Below, in pieces: positions 29,464 to 39,090 of a stretch of 64,000 nucleotides of DNA (position 1 is its first letter; the number at the start of each line of letters is the position of its first letter). The position numbers were made by a program, and so were the translations under genes. The notes beneath the pieces were generated by a model. It searched no databases. It saw only the letters and a list, made by a program, of their open reading frames with translations, and was not told the DNA's origin. The stretch lies in NCBI GenBank assembly GCA_049433365.1, contig JBMTET010000005.1, positions 1,108 to 65,107 on the forward strand, written 5' to 3'. The DNA is from Ilumatobacteraceae bacterium. GTDB lineage: Bacteria > Actinomycetota > Acidimicrobiia > Acidimicrobiales > Ilumatobacteraceae.

Positions 29464-30257
29464 CACCGGCTGCGAATTGCCACGACGACGATGCGCCGAA
29501 CGTACTTGATGAGTGACCACAGTGCTGCCCACGCCCATGTGGGTGTCGAGATGAGCCCCGATCGCCTCATGAACCGAAGTGCATTGAGCTCCTTTCTTTC
29601 CATGCGGTGGAGTTGACTACTCAGGCCCGATTCGCCGTACGGAGCCTTGAACAAAGTGGCCAGCGGTGCATCGACGAGCAGCGCCGGGCCGTGACCGGCA
29701 ACAATCTCCATCCACAAGAGGTAATCCTCGGTCATGTCGCGGCTCGGGTTGAATCGCTGCGCGATGTCGCGTCGCAACATCACACTCGGAGTGGAAAACG
29801 CATTTTTCACGAGCAGTGAACGCAACGTCACATGTTTCACCGCAGGCCGCTCCGTGCCCAGTTCACCGAGCGAGCCCGACTCGTCGACTCGGTAGCGGTG
29901 ACCGCTCACTGCACACTGCGGTGCACCGGCCATGGCTGCGCCCTGTATCTCGAGCTTGCGTGGATGCCAGGCGTCGTCGGCGTCGAGGAAAGCGACAAAT
30001 GCATGCGATGCGCGATCCCAACCGACGTTGCGAGCCGTGCCGGGTCCGACATTTTCGCCCAGGCTGACAACCGACACGTTGAGCCGTGGATGGGCAACTG
30101 CGAGCGCGTGTGCAACTGAGACCGTGTCATCGGTGCTGCCGTCGTCGACGACGATGACCTCACGCGGCAGTTCGGTTTGGGCCGCAACGGACGCCACGGC
30201 CCGCTCCAAGGTGGCAGAAGAATTGAAACACGGGATGACGACCGAAACGTCACTCAC
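29463..30257 (-). CDS. Family 2 glycosyltransferase
   Basis: VSVVIPCFNSSATLERAVASV...[12 protein letters not shown]...FLDADD. GTG 30257 overlaps the upstream stop. Confidence 0.85.
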   Translation of the reverse strand: MSDVSVVIPCFNSSATLERAVASVAAQTELPREVIVVDDGSTDDTVSVAHALAVAHPRLNVSVVSLGENVGPGTARNVGWDRASHAFVAFLDADDAWHPRKLEIQGAAMAGAPQCAVSGHRYRVDESGSLGELGTERPAVKHVTLRSLLVKNAFSTPSVMLRRDIAQRFNPSRDMTEDYLLWMEIVAGHGPALLVDAPLATLFKAPYGESGLSSQLHRMERKELNALRFMRRSGLISTPTWAWAALWSLIKYVRRIVVVAIRSR

Positions 30258-31003
30258 AGAATTCGGTCCCACGCACCGAGCACCTTGCGCTGGGCAGTCG
30301 CCGGTGAGTCGAGTGCCCACATGTCGATGCGTGGTACCCGTAATTTCTGCTCGGACGAAACGAACGTGCCGGAGTCGCTGCACGCAGCCGCGACGTACCC
30401 GGCCGACGCAACGGCGGCATGAACCCTCTGGTCGTGGGCACCGTGCGGGTACGACATGGTGTCGACGGTACGTCCCAGTGCATCTTCGAGCGAGCGTCGC
30501 GCGATGGACAGCTCACCGCGCAGCTCGACGTCGTCGAGTCTCGTCAGCGGCACGTGGCGGTAGCCGTGGGCACCGATCCCGACCCCCGTCAGCGAACCGA
30601 GGTCGCGCAGCTGATCGATCGACATGTGGACGGAAGGGTCCGAAGCGAGGTGTTCGGCGCCGACGAACACGTGCACCGGGATGTTTTCGGCGACGAGCAG
30701 CGGTACGGCCATGTCGATGAAACTTCGGTATCCGTCGTCAAAAGTGACGGCGATCCCCGGCGTCGGAACACCGCCGAACGGCACGAACCGGGTGCCGCTG
30801 CGACCGGCAAGGTCAACGATGGCCCGCACGTGTTCGGTGAAGCGGCTCGGTGACATCGAGTACAGATTGGGATCCATGCCAGCAACACGTTCACCGATGG
30901 CGTGGTACATCAACACCCGGGTTCCCTCGGTGAGTTTCGGGCGCTCCACGACGGCGAGCAGGCGGGCGATGAGATCGCCGAGGGCGTACTTTCCGCGGTT
31001 CAT
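30254..31003 (-). CDS. Polysaccharide deacetylase (NodB/CE4-like)
   Basis: VTFDDGYRSF and GAHGYRHVPL motifs. Start ATG 31003. Confidence 0.8.
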   Translation of the reverse strand: MNRGKYALGDLIARLLAVVERPKLTEGTRVLMYHAIGERVAGMDPNLYSMSPSRFTEHVRAIVDLAGRSGTRFVPFGGVPTPGIAVTFDDGYRSFIDMAVPLLVAENIPVHVFVGAEHLASDPSVHMSIDQLRDLGSLTGVGIGAHGYRHVPLTRLDDVELRGELSIARRSLEDALGRTVDTMSYPHGAHDQRVHAAVASAGYVAAACSDSGTFVSSEQKLRVPRIDMWALDSPATAQRKVLGAWDRIL

Positions 31004-31028
31004 TCCGTGCGCTGAAGAAGTGATTGGG

Positions 31029-32018
31029 TCACGCGACGCGCGACGACACGATCCTACCGAGCAAGGAACGCAGAATCGCAGGCGACGCTGCGTCCCACTC
31101 GCCGAGGTACCGCACGTCGTGAGCGCCAACACCGTGTTTGAAGTCGTACACACCTTTGTTACGCACGGGATCGACGCCACCCATGTCGAACTTGCCGACG
31201 CCCCGACGAGCCAGCTCGTTCATGAGTTCCCACAAAGCAACGTGCGAGGAGTATCGACGACGTCCTTCGATGCTCGTCGCTGCAATGATGTCGAATGCGG
31301 CGCCCGAGCAGATGATCGCTCCGCGAACGGCATGGAGGTCACCGTTGCCATCGCGGCATTGCACGACGACAAGTCGGTCACCAAATTCCTGAATCAATGC
31401 GGTGATTCGTTCGGATTGTGAACGCCAGTCGACGACGTGGGCGCCCTTGAAGTTTTGCAGTTCGTCGTGCAAATCAGCAATTGATCGGGGATCGGGTGAC
31501 GTCCACACCGAGACGAGATTGTCGCGTGAGCGACCCCGTTTCAGGTTGCGTGACCAATTGGACGAGCATGCGGCGAGTCGAGTCGCCTCGTCGTCTTGCA
31601 ACGGCACGATCAGCGATTGCCCCGACGACAACGGTGCGTCGACGGTGCTCCAACCACCGGCACGCAGGGCCTGCTCGTCCGTATCCCTCGATGCATGCGT
31701 TGCGCCGAGGCGAACGTAGTGAATGACGGCGCGTCGTGCGGCACGAAGATTCGCAAGCACGTCGGCAGTCGTGCACGCCGACACGTCACCCAGCGGCGAA
31801 CCCGGCGCCCAGGCAACGACTGCTCCCGGCGCCGTCTGTTTCACGAGCAGCTGCACGGCACATCGTCCGGCCGGGTCGGTCAAGCGCAGTGGCGACCATC
31901 CGTCGTCAGCCTTGAATCGGGCCCATCCCGAGTAGGTATAGGGCGACGTTGCACCAAGTTCGTCAATGAGTCGATCCCACGAAGCATCGGACCCGCCGAA
32001 TGGAGCAAGTCGGCTCAC
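31029..32018 (-). CDS. FemAB-like / GNAT-fold aminoacyl- or acyl-transferase
   Basis: 330 aa with SSNWSRNLKRG and a C-terminal FDMGGVDP...KGVYDFKHGVG, resembling FemAB/BioF2-like acetyltransferase domains. GTG 32018 overlaps the upstream stop. Confidence 0.55.
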   Translation of the reverse strand: MSRLAPFGGSDASWDRLIDELGATSPYTYSGWARFKADDGWSPLRLTDPAGRCAVQLLVKQTAPGAVVAWAPGSPLGDVSACTTADVLANLRAARRAVIHYVRLGATHASRDTDEQALRAGGWSTVDAPLSSGQSLIVPLQDDEATRLAACSSNWSRNLKRGRSRDNLVSVWTSPDPRSIADLHDELQNFKGAHVVDWRSQSERITALIQEFGDRLVVVQCRDGNGDLHAVRGAIICSGAAFDIIAATSIEGRRRYSSHVALWELMNELARRGVGKFDMGGVDPVRNKGVYDFKHGVGAHDVRYLGEWDAASPAILRSLLGRIVSSRVA

Positions 32019-32983
32019 AGGAAGTTCACCAGGCGGACGCGGCGGTAGAAATCGGGAACGACGTGGAGGCTCGACGGAAGGTCCGGCCACGAGGTGACCT
32101 CGAGGCCGGTACCGCGCAGTGCGCGACGAACGGCGGGCAGTTGATCGTCCCAGGCGATGAGCGGATAACCCTGTGGTGACACACCCACGGGGAGTTCGGA
32201 AAAAATTGGCGTACACGGAGCGTCGGCAAGGCGACGGGCAATGTCGGCGTACAGCGTTCGGCGTCGTGCGACCTCGGCGTCGACGTCGACCCGGTCGATG
32301 ATTTCCCGGGAGGAACGATGCATGAGGTGACGCTCCGGCAACCGTCGCTCGAGCGACTCGTCGTTCGGTATCGCGTCCCGACCCGCCATGCGACGCATCA
32401 ACCGAATGACGAATCGCATGACGTTCATCAGTGGAAGCCGGGTGCCGCGCTCGATCGTTGCCACCCACCTACGCACGAGCATCGCCGCGCCAATGCTGCG
32501 CCGCTCGACGTCGTTCGGCCCCGGCAGCGTCAGCGCCGGATCAACGACCACATCCGCAGCAATGCTCAGGTACGCGCCGTCGACGCTGCGAATCGTCTTG
32601 CGCACGCTCGTCATGCCGAGTGACACCCGTTCACCGAGCAGTCGTCCCTCGGCGTCGCGGCTCAGCCAGCCGTGCGCATTGTCCTCGATGAGCACCGCCC
32701 CGGTGCGCGCTGCGTACTCGCGGAATGGTGCCAGGTTCTGGGGAAATCCGAAGTAGTTGACGGCGACAACGGCGCGTGCCGGTGGCCAGTTCGACGAATC
32801 GGTGATGGTGAGCGACTCGGGCACCGGGTACCACTCGGGTGCAGCGCCGAGCGCGCTCAGCGCGGCAAGAACGTCGCGACAGATGAACGACGGCAGTAGC
32901 ACCAGGTCACCGTGAGCAACCCCGGCAATGCGCAGCGCGTCCACCAACGCACCGCGCCCAAAGGCATACCAGTAGAGAGTCAT
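32015..32983 (-). CDS. DegT/DnrJ/EryC1-like PLP aminotransferase, short form
   Basis: GDLVLLPSFICRDV, AVVAVNYFGFPQNL, VLIEDNAHGW, and SVRK as the candidate PLP lysine. ATG 32983 overlaps the upstream stop. Confidence 0.6.
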   Translation of the reverse strand: MTLYWYAFGRGALVDALRIAGVAHGDLVLLPSFICRDVLAALSALGAAPEWYPVPESLTITDSSNWPPARAVVAVNYFGFPQNLAPFREYAARTGAVLIEDNAHGWLSRDAEGRLLGERVSLGMTSVRKTIRSVDGAYLSIAADVVVDPALTLPGPNDVERRSIGAAMLVRRWVATIERGTRLPLMNVMRFVIRLMRRMAGRDAIPNDESLERRLPERHLMHRSSREIIDRVDVDAEVARRRTLYADIARRLADAPCTPIFSELPVGVSPQGYPLIAWDDQLPAVRRALRGTGLEVTSWPDLPSSLHVVPDFYRRVRLVNFL

Positions 32984-33891
32984 CGGCGTGCCAATCGTGT
33001 CGGTGCAACGAGCAATGCAAGTCCGACCCAGGCACGCAACACGAGGGGTGACGTACGGATGCATTCGCCGTAGCGACGCAGCGCGTCTCTACGCTGCCCG
33101 CGTTCCTGATGCGCGCGTGCCGCACCGTATGCGACACGGGCGCGACGGTGGCGGTGCCGCAGCCGGATGCGCAACGATGCCGGGAGTTGGGCAACGTGAC
33201 TGTTCACGACGGCGAGTTCGGCCGATGAATTGCGTTCGATCGCCGAGCTCGCACTTGCATCGTGGCGGCGGAATTCGCCGAGAACGTCGGAAATGAATGC
33301 GTACTTTGCGCCGCGTCGTGCCAGTCGAAGCCACAGGTCGTAGTCCTCGGCGGTGACGAAGTCGGTGCGCTCGTCGAAGCCGTGCAATTCGGCGAGCAAT
33401 TCACGGCGCGCCACCACCGCCGACGTAGACACACAGTTGTGGCGGAAGAGCAGCCGTGCATAGCGGGCATTGTGCTCGGGGCCGTACGACACGTCGCGGA
33501 ACGTGCCATCGGCGGACGTCCAGCGTTCCCCGTGGCACACGACGTCGGCGCCGGAGTCGAGCACCGCGACGCATCGCGCGAGCTTGTTGGGGTACCACGA
33601 ATCGTCGGAGTCGAGAAACGCGACGTACGGCGAAGTGGCGAGAGACAGCCCGTGGTTGCGGGCCGCGGCGATGATCCCTTTGTTGGCGAAATCAACGATG
33701 TGCAGTCGTGGATCACCGAACGACGCAACCACCCCGTGAGTGTCGTCGGTCGAAAAATTGTTGACGATGATCGCGCGCCACGAGGTCATCGTTTGTGCGC
33801 GTACCGAACGCAGTGCATCGCCGAGGAAGTGGGCATGGTTGTACGTCGGAATGACGATGTCGACGGTGACAGGGGTGTCGGCGTGAGTCAC
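32980..33891 (-). CDS. Family 2 glycosyltransferase
   Basis: VDIVIPTYNHAHFLGDALRSV...FLDSDD. GTG 33891 overlaps the upstream stop. Confidence 0.85.
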   Translation of the reverse strand: MTHADTPVTVDIVIPTYNHAHFLGDALRSVRAQTMTSWRAIIVNNFSTDDTHGVVASFGDPRLHIVDFANKGIIAAARNHGLSLATSPYVAFLDSDDSWYPNKLARCVAVLDSGADVVCHGERWTSADGTFRDVSYGPEHNARYARLLFRHNCVSTSAVVARRELLAELHGFDERTDFVTAEDYDLWLRLARRGAKYAFISDVLGEFRRHDASASSAIERNSSAELAVVNSHVAQLPASLRIRLRHRHRRARVAYGAARAHQERGQRRDALRRYGECIRTSPLVLRAWVGLALLVAPTRLARR

Positions 33892-34802
33892 GGGCGACCG
33901 CCGAAGGAATCGATGGCGAGATCGAGGAGGTCGTCGATCGTCGTGTCGGTGTCGAGAGTGGGGTGAAATCCGCACTTGCGCATGAGCGAAACGTCGAGAC
34001 GGTAGGACTGGACCGGGGAATCGTCCGACTGGTTCGTCGACACGCGCATGTCGCGTCCGACCCGCGCCCGGGCTCGCGCGGCTACTTGTTCGGCCATGTC
34101 GCGAAGCGTCGTTGACGTGCCTGATCCGATGATGACGATCGGCGGCAGCACGTCGGCAGTACGTGCGAAGTGTGCGAGCGCGGCAGCGAGATCGGTGACC
34201 GGAACGAAGTCGCGCTCGTGCCGCCCGTGGCTGCGCAACTCGAGGTGTCCGTCGGTGACCGCCCGCTTGCACATGTCGGCGACGACCAAGCGCCACGTAT
34301 CGACTGCGGGGTCGATTGGGCGACCGAATCCGTTCGCCAGCCGCAGACACGAATGCTCCATCGTCGAGTTGCGCACTACGTCCTCCGCCGCGAGGTGCGT
34401 GCTCGCATACGGACCCGATTGTCCGGTGGGGCTCGCTTCGCTCACCGTGCCGCGTAGAGCGTCGCCGAACACCTGCACGGTGGATGCATAGATGAAGCGT
34501 CGGACACCGGCTATTTCCGCGGCGCGCACGAGCGCCGCAGTTCCTTCCACGTTCACCCTCGTTGCAAGGACGGGATCGGCATTCGATTCGGTGTCACTCA
34601 ATGCCGCGAGATGAACGACGATGTCGACACCGTCAACGAGAGTTCGCAGCGACGACTCGTCGAGCAGATCGCCCCGGCGCACCTTGCCCCGACCCTCCTC
34701 GCGATCGCGGCGACTGGTGAGGATGACGGTGTCGTGACGTGCAACCGCACTCGTGACGTGACCACCGAGGTGGCCGAATGCCCCGGTGACGAGGGTGGTC
34801 AT
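33888..34802 (-). CDS. NAD-dependent sugar epimerase/reductase (extended SDR)
   Basis: N-terminal LVTGAFGHLGGHV, then a YASTHLAAE (YxxxK-like region). Confidence 0.8.
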   Translation of the reverse strand: MTTLVTGAFGHLGGHVTSAVARHDTVILTSRRDREEGRGKVRRGDLLDESSLRTLVDGVDIVVHLAALSDTESNADPVLATRVNVEGTAALVRAAEIAGVRRFIYASTVQVFGDALRGTVSEASPTGQSGPYASTHLAAEDVVRNSTMEHSCLRLANGFGRPIDPAVDTWRLVVADMCKRAVTDGHLELRSHGRHERDFVPVTDLAAALAHFARTADVLPPIVIIGSGTSTTLRDMAEQVAARARARVGRDMRVSTNQSDDSPVQSYRLDVSLMRKCGFHPTLDTDTTIDDLLDLAIDSFGGRP

Positions 34803-35260
34803 GCCCGCTGATTCAGCCAGGGGCGAGGCATGTGCGAATCATCCGCATCACGACGATCGACTTCGGCGGGATCGTGGGGGAGCGATGCGCAGTTGACGAC
34901 GAGTGCTGTCGACGAAGAGTCGTTGAAGAATCCGCTCCATACGAGCGGAGGAATGACGAGCAAACCGTAGTTGTCGTCGCCGATGGACAGGTCGTCGGTG
35001 CGCCCCGACGTCGCACTGTCGTTGCGATCATCAACGAGCAGGACGCGGACGTTTCCGACCGGGACGGCGAGGTTCGTGGTCATGCGCGTGTGGCGGCGCC
35101 AGGCCTTGACTGCACCGGACAGCACGGTCGAGAAGTACACCTCACCAAAGTCGACGAACCATTCGTCGGTGGATTTCAGCATGTGCATAACCGACCCACG
35201 GTCGTCGTCGATGCGGCGCAGCGGAACGAATCGCACCCCGGCAATCGTCGGTGTCACCAC
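34799..35260 (-). CDS. RmlC-like cupin, sugar-nucleotide 3,5-epimerase/ketoisomerase candidate
   Basis: 153 aa with RIDDDRGSVMHML...GEVYFSTVLSGAVKAWRRH, a short RmlC/WxcM-like pattern. Confidence 0.65.
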   Translation of the reverse strand: MVTPTIAGVRFVPLRRIDDDRGSVMHMLKSTDEWFVDFGEVYFSTVLSGAVKAWRRHTRMTTNLAVPVGNVRVLLVDDRNDSATSGRTDDLSIGDDNYGLLVIPPLVWSGFFNDSSSTALVVNCASLPHDPAEVDRRDADDSHMPRPWLNQRA

Positions 35261-35264
35261 GACG

Positions 35265-36353
35265 TCACCCCACCCCGCCCATGTACGCCTCGATGTCGCT
35301 CGTCGTGGCTTCGGGTGCAGGCGTGCCCGTGTGAACCCGGCGATACCACTCGACGCTGCGGTGAATCGTCGTTTCGAAGTCGAACCGCGGCGACCAGAGC
35401 AGCTCGCGGTGTGCCTTGTCGCAGTTCAATTGGAGCAGTGTGGCCTCGTGCATCGCCGATGTATCGGGTTCGATGCGTACCTGTCCCGATCCCCACGTAT
35501 CGCGGGCAAGCGTCGCCACTTCGTGCACGGTGTGGACGTTGTTTTCGTCGGGTCCGAAATTCCACGAATCTCCACCGCGCATCTTGCCCGCGAGAAGATT
35601 GCCGGCGAGCATCACGTATCCGGACAGCGGCTCGAGCACGTGCTGCCACGGACGCGTCGCTTCCGGACGACGCAACACGATTTCACCCGAGTCGATGAGC
35701 CCGCGCATGCAATCCGGAACGAGTCGATCGGGCGACCAGTCGCCGCCACCGACGACGTTGCCTGCTCTCGCGCTTGCCACACGGAGTCGGGTGTCGTCGT
35801 CGAAGTAGGAACGGCAATACGTGGCATAGGCAAGTTCGGCTGCGGCTTTCGACGCGCTGTACGGGTCGCGCCCACCGAGTTCGTCGTTCTCGTGGTAACC
35901 GCGTTGCCATTCCTTGTTGAGGTAACACTTGTCGGACGTGACGTAGACGAGCGCCGCGACGGATGTGACCGTGCGAACCGCTTCGAGAACGTTCAGCGAA
36001 CCGATGACGTTCGTCGTGAATGTTTCGACCGGGTCGGCGTACGAGCGGCGAACGAGTGCCTGGGCCGCGAGGTGGAAGACCACCTCGGGTTCGATGCGTC
36101 GAACGTGGCCGTGCAGTGCGGACGCATCGCGGATGTCGCAATCGACGTGCGTGATGCGTGAACGGAGGTCGAGCAAATCGAAGTGTGACGGTGAGGTGTG
36201 CGGTGGCAGGGCAAGACCGGTGACATCGGCTCCGGCGAGTTGCAGCCAGTGGGCGAGCCACGATCCCTTGAAACCGGTGTCACCGGTGATGAGCACGCGC
36301 CGACCGCGCAACGCGGCGAGCGATTCCGTCAGAGACACCGTCAGCGCTTCCAC
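35265..36353 (-). CDS. rfbG: CDP-glucose 4,6-dehydratase
   Basis: VLITGDTGFKGSWLAHWL plus a YSASKAAAE catalytic motif. The start is ambiguous (GTG 36353 or GTG 36338). Confidence 0.88.
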   Translation of the reverse strand: MEALTVSLTESLAALRGRRVLITGDTGFKGSWLAHWLQLAGADVTGLALPPHTSPSHFDLLDLRSRITHVDCDIRDASALHGHVRRIEPEVVFHLAAQALVRRSYADPVETFTTNVIGSLNVLEAVRTVTSVAALVYVTSDKCYLNKEWQRGYHENDELGGRDPYSASKAAAELAYATYCRSYFDDDTRLRVASARAGNVVGGGDWSPDRLVPDCMRGLIDSGEIVLRRPEATRPWQHVLEPLSGYVMLAGNLLAGKMRGGDSWNFGPDENNVHTVHEVATLARDTWGSGQVRIEPDTSAMHEATLLQLNCDKAHRELLWSPRFDFETTIHRSVEWYRRVHTGTPAPEATTSDIEAYMGGVG

Positions 36354-37129
36354 GGAGCCTCGTTGCGTCGATCGAGGTCGCCGAGCAGTTCCCAGTCGCG
36401 GTGGGTGTCCATGCACTGCCAAAAACCGTCGTGTTCGTACACGCTCAACTGTCCGTCACGAACCATTCCCTTCATCGGCTCGACTTCGAACACGAGATCC
36501 TCGCGGTCGGCGAGGTAATCGAACACCTTCGGGCGACATACGAAGTACCCGCCCGAGATGCGACCCTCGGACGTTTGTGGTTTTTCGTTGAACGACGTTG
36601 CGACACCGTCGGCACCGTAACGAACTTCGCCGAACCGACTCGGCGGGCGTACCGCGGTGAGGGTCATGGCACGATCGCGCCGTTCGTGCGAGGCGATGAG
36701 TTCGTCGATGTTCACGTCAGTAACGCCGTCACCGTACGTGAGCATGAACGACTCGCCGTCGACGTGTTTGCGCACCTTCGCAACCCGCCCACCGGTCATC
36801 GTTGCGGTTCCGGTTTCGGCGAGCGTCACCGTCCACGTGCGATCGGATCGTCCCGTGTCGTCAATGTCGACGTTGACGACGAGGTCATCGCCGTCCCGGC
36901 GCACGACGGAACCGCGATCGGTGAAATACGAGCGAATGACGTCGCCCTTGTAGCCGAGGCAGAGGATGAAGTCCCGATGCCCCCACGAGGCGTAGTACCG
37001 CATGATGTGCACGAGGATCGGCTCGCCACCGATGCGAATCATCGGCTTCGGAACGTCGTCGTCGACGCCGCGGATCCGCGTGCCGAGTCCTCCACACAAA
37101 ATGACGACTTTCAACGAAGACAACCCCAC
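36341..37129 (-). CDS. rfbF: Glucose-1-phosphate cytidylyltransferase
   Basis: VVILCGGLGTRIRG...PKPMIRIGGEPILVHIMRYY. GTG start at 37129. Confidence 0.9.
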   Translation of the reverse strand: MGLSSLKVVILCGGLGTRIRGVDDDVPKPMIRIGGEPILVHIMRYYASWGHRDFILCLGYKGDVIRSYFTDRGSVVRRDGDDLVVNVDIDDTGRSDRTWTVTLAETGTATMTGGRVAKVRKHVDGESFMLTYGDGVTDVNIDELIASHERRDRAMTLTAVRPPSRFGEVRYGADGVATSFNEKPQTSEGRISGGYFVCRPKVFDYLADREDLVFEVEPMKGMVRDGQLSVYEHDGFWQCMDTHRDWELLGDLDRRNEAPWKR

Positions 37130-37157
37130 GCGTTCGTGGGTTCAGCCTACCGAGCGG

Positions 37158-38387
37158 TCACTGCGCGAGCACGGCGCCACGCTCGGCGAGCGCGGCACGA
37201 ATACGCACGTTGCCGGGATCGAACGTCATCACCCTCGGAACGATCGTTGCAGCGACCGCACTCCACGCATCGTCACTGCTCGCGCGTGCGAAGTCGACGA
37301 CGCGACGCACGTCGGCGTCGCCGTCGCTCGACGTCCAAAAGGCACCCTCCGCGGCGAGTGGCGAGGGAAAACCGAAGCGGAATTGCGCAACATCGTCATC
37401 GGTGCATCCGACGGATCGAAGGTGCGCACCACGCGCCGCAACGAATGCCACGCGTCGTCCGCGGGAGAGCATTTCGTAGCCGAGGGTGCTGTCAACGCAC
37501 GCGACGACCTCGGCCGACGAGGCGATCTCGTAGGACGCAGTCTCCGACCCTTTCGGCACGAACTCGAACGGCTTCCCCGCGCACCATTGTGCAAAGAATT
37601 CCCGTTCATGCCGAAATGATGCGGGGCGACGACCGATGACGGTGAGTCGCATGCCGCTCTCCGAGCACAGCGCAGCCAGAGCACGAGCGACTTGGCCGTC
37701 GACCGAATGAAAGACCGAAGCGGACACTGCGCGTTCACCGAGGTACGTCAACGTCGCCGAAGCGCGACCATCGGGGAAGATGTCGACGTGATCGAGGCCC
37801 GAGTACTGAGAGATGAAAACGATTCGCCCGGGTTCGCGAGCAACGGCGGGCAATGCGATCGAGTTGTTCTTGGCACTGCCGATTTCGGCCGTCGCGCACT
37901 CGATGTGCGAGCGGTACATCGCCGAGTGGTCGGGGCCGAAGGTGAGCACAAGATCGGCCGCCGGGCGGATGTCTGAAAAGTCGCGTCGCAGTGTCGTCCA
38001 CAGGTCGCCGGCGGGAACCGGTGCTCCCGTGCCGCGAATTCCGTTCTGGACGACGACCACCCGCGTCGACGGTGAGACGTGCCGAAACGTGTACAGGTGG
38101 GCATTCGAATCGATCGCCGACACGAGCAGGCGAGGTCGCGAAACCGCGACGAAGTTGCGGCAGTAGTCGTACCAACTGCGACCGCCGCGAAGGATCGTGC
38201 GCAGCAGAATCGGAACGTTGATCTCCTCGAAGTGGTTGTCGAACACGTCGTAGGTTCCGGGCCGAAGCAGCGCGGTGATCGGGTCGGATGCGTAGCGATC
38301 GAACACGAGCACACCGTCCGATGCGGGTCTCCGCCATGTCCAGCGGGCCGAGCGCAACGTGCGAATGACGCGTGCGAGGCGGGTCAC
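37158..38387 (-). CDS. Uncharacterised surface-carbohydrate biosynthesis protein (LA_1612-like layout); putative NulO transferase
   Basis: 409 aa with RIVFISQYSG ... LTVIGRRP ... VVACVDSTLGYEMLSRGRRVAFV. GTG 38387 overlaps the neuA stop. Function is inferred. Confidence 0.5.
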   Translation of the reverse strand: MTRLARVIRTLRSARWTWRRPASDGVLVFDRYASDPITALLRPGTYDVFDNHFEEINVPILLRTILRGGRSWYDYCRNFVAVSRPRLLVSAIDSNAHLYTFRHVSPSTRVVVVQNGIRGTGAPVPAGDLWTTLRRDFSDIRPAADLVLTFGPDHSAMYRSHIECATAEIGSAKNNSIALPAVAREPGRIVFISQYSGLDHVDIFPDGRASATLTYLGERAVSASVFHSVDGQVARALAALCSESGMRLTVIGRRPASFRHEREFFAQWCAGKPFEFVPKGSETASYEIASSAEVVACVDSTLGYEMLSRGRRVAFVAARGAHLRSVGCTDDDVAQFRFGFPSPLAAEGAFWTSSDGDADVRRVVDFARASSDDAWSAVAATIVPRVMTFDPGNVRIRAALAERGAVLAQ

Positions 38388-39088
38388 GAATCGAGCGTTC
38401 CCCGCAACAGGGCTTCGGCGATGCGCATGTCGAGTGGCGTGTCGACGTCGAGGGAGCTCTCGTGGTCCATGACGAAACAACGTGGTTGCGGTGCAACGAC
38501 GGAGTTGTATCGGCGAATGTCCCCGGCTCGGGAGACGTATATCGCACCGTTGGCCCGGAAGTAACCGGGCAACTTCTGGCGCGGGGCTTCGAGCGTGGCG
38601 AGATCGCGGATGGGTTCGACCGCCCCGTCGGCATCGATCGTGAACGACTTCAGCGGATGGTGATCGCACTCGCACACGGAAATGACGCTGTGCGATGCAC
38701 CGGTGGCGGCATTCGCCTGCCGGAACATTTTGATGGCTTGCGTGAGGTGTTCGTGCGTGCGCAGCGGAGACGTCGGTTGCAAAGTGACGACGATCGTGTC
38801 GTCGGCGGCACCGAGAACGTCGAGTGCGTGCAATACCGCATCGACCGTCGGCGACGAATCGGTGGCAAGGTGCGCGGGGCGATCAACGACGCCGACGTCA
38901 CGTCGCCGCGCATGATCGGCAATCGTCGGATGGTCGGTCGTGACGACGATTTCGGTGACGCCAGCCGCTGCGACCGCACAGTCAATGGCAAGATCGAGCA
39001 GCGTCGTTCCGGCAAGAGGCGCGACGTTCTTCAGCGGAACGCCCTTGGACCCACCGCGGGCCGGGATGACGGCGATGCAACGCGACAT
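38384..39088 (-). CDS. neuA: N-acylneuraminate (NulO) cytidylyltransferase
   Basis: IAVIPARGGSKGVPLKNV and LQPTSPLRT motifs. Confidence 0.85.
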   Translation of the reverse strand: MSRCIAVIPARGGSKGVPLKNVAPLAGTTLLDLAIDCAVAAAGVTEIVVTTDHPTIADHARRRDVGVVDRPAHLATDSSPTVDAVLHALDVLGAADDTIVVTLQPTSPLRTHEHLTQAIKMFRQANAATGASHSVISVCECDHHPLKSFTIDADGAVEPIRDLATLEAPRQKLPGYFRANGAIYVSRAGDIRRYNSVVAPQPRCFVMDHESSLDVDTPLDMRIAEALLRGTLDS

Positions 39089-39090
39089 GC

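Noticed and set aside
31029-32468. Long N-terminal extensions in the ORF track (also 32980-34350, 37158-38675, 39091-40329, 40206-41471, 54629-56089, 61071-62504, 10933-12180, 3987-4631, 14446-15684)
   Set aside because: The extensions are Arg/Pro-rich and overlap the upstream gene. In each case an internal ATG or GTG lies exactly at a 1- or 4-nt overlap with the upstream stop, and the recognisable domain begins just after it.
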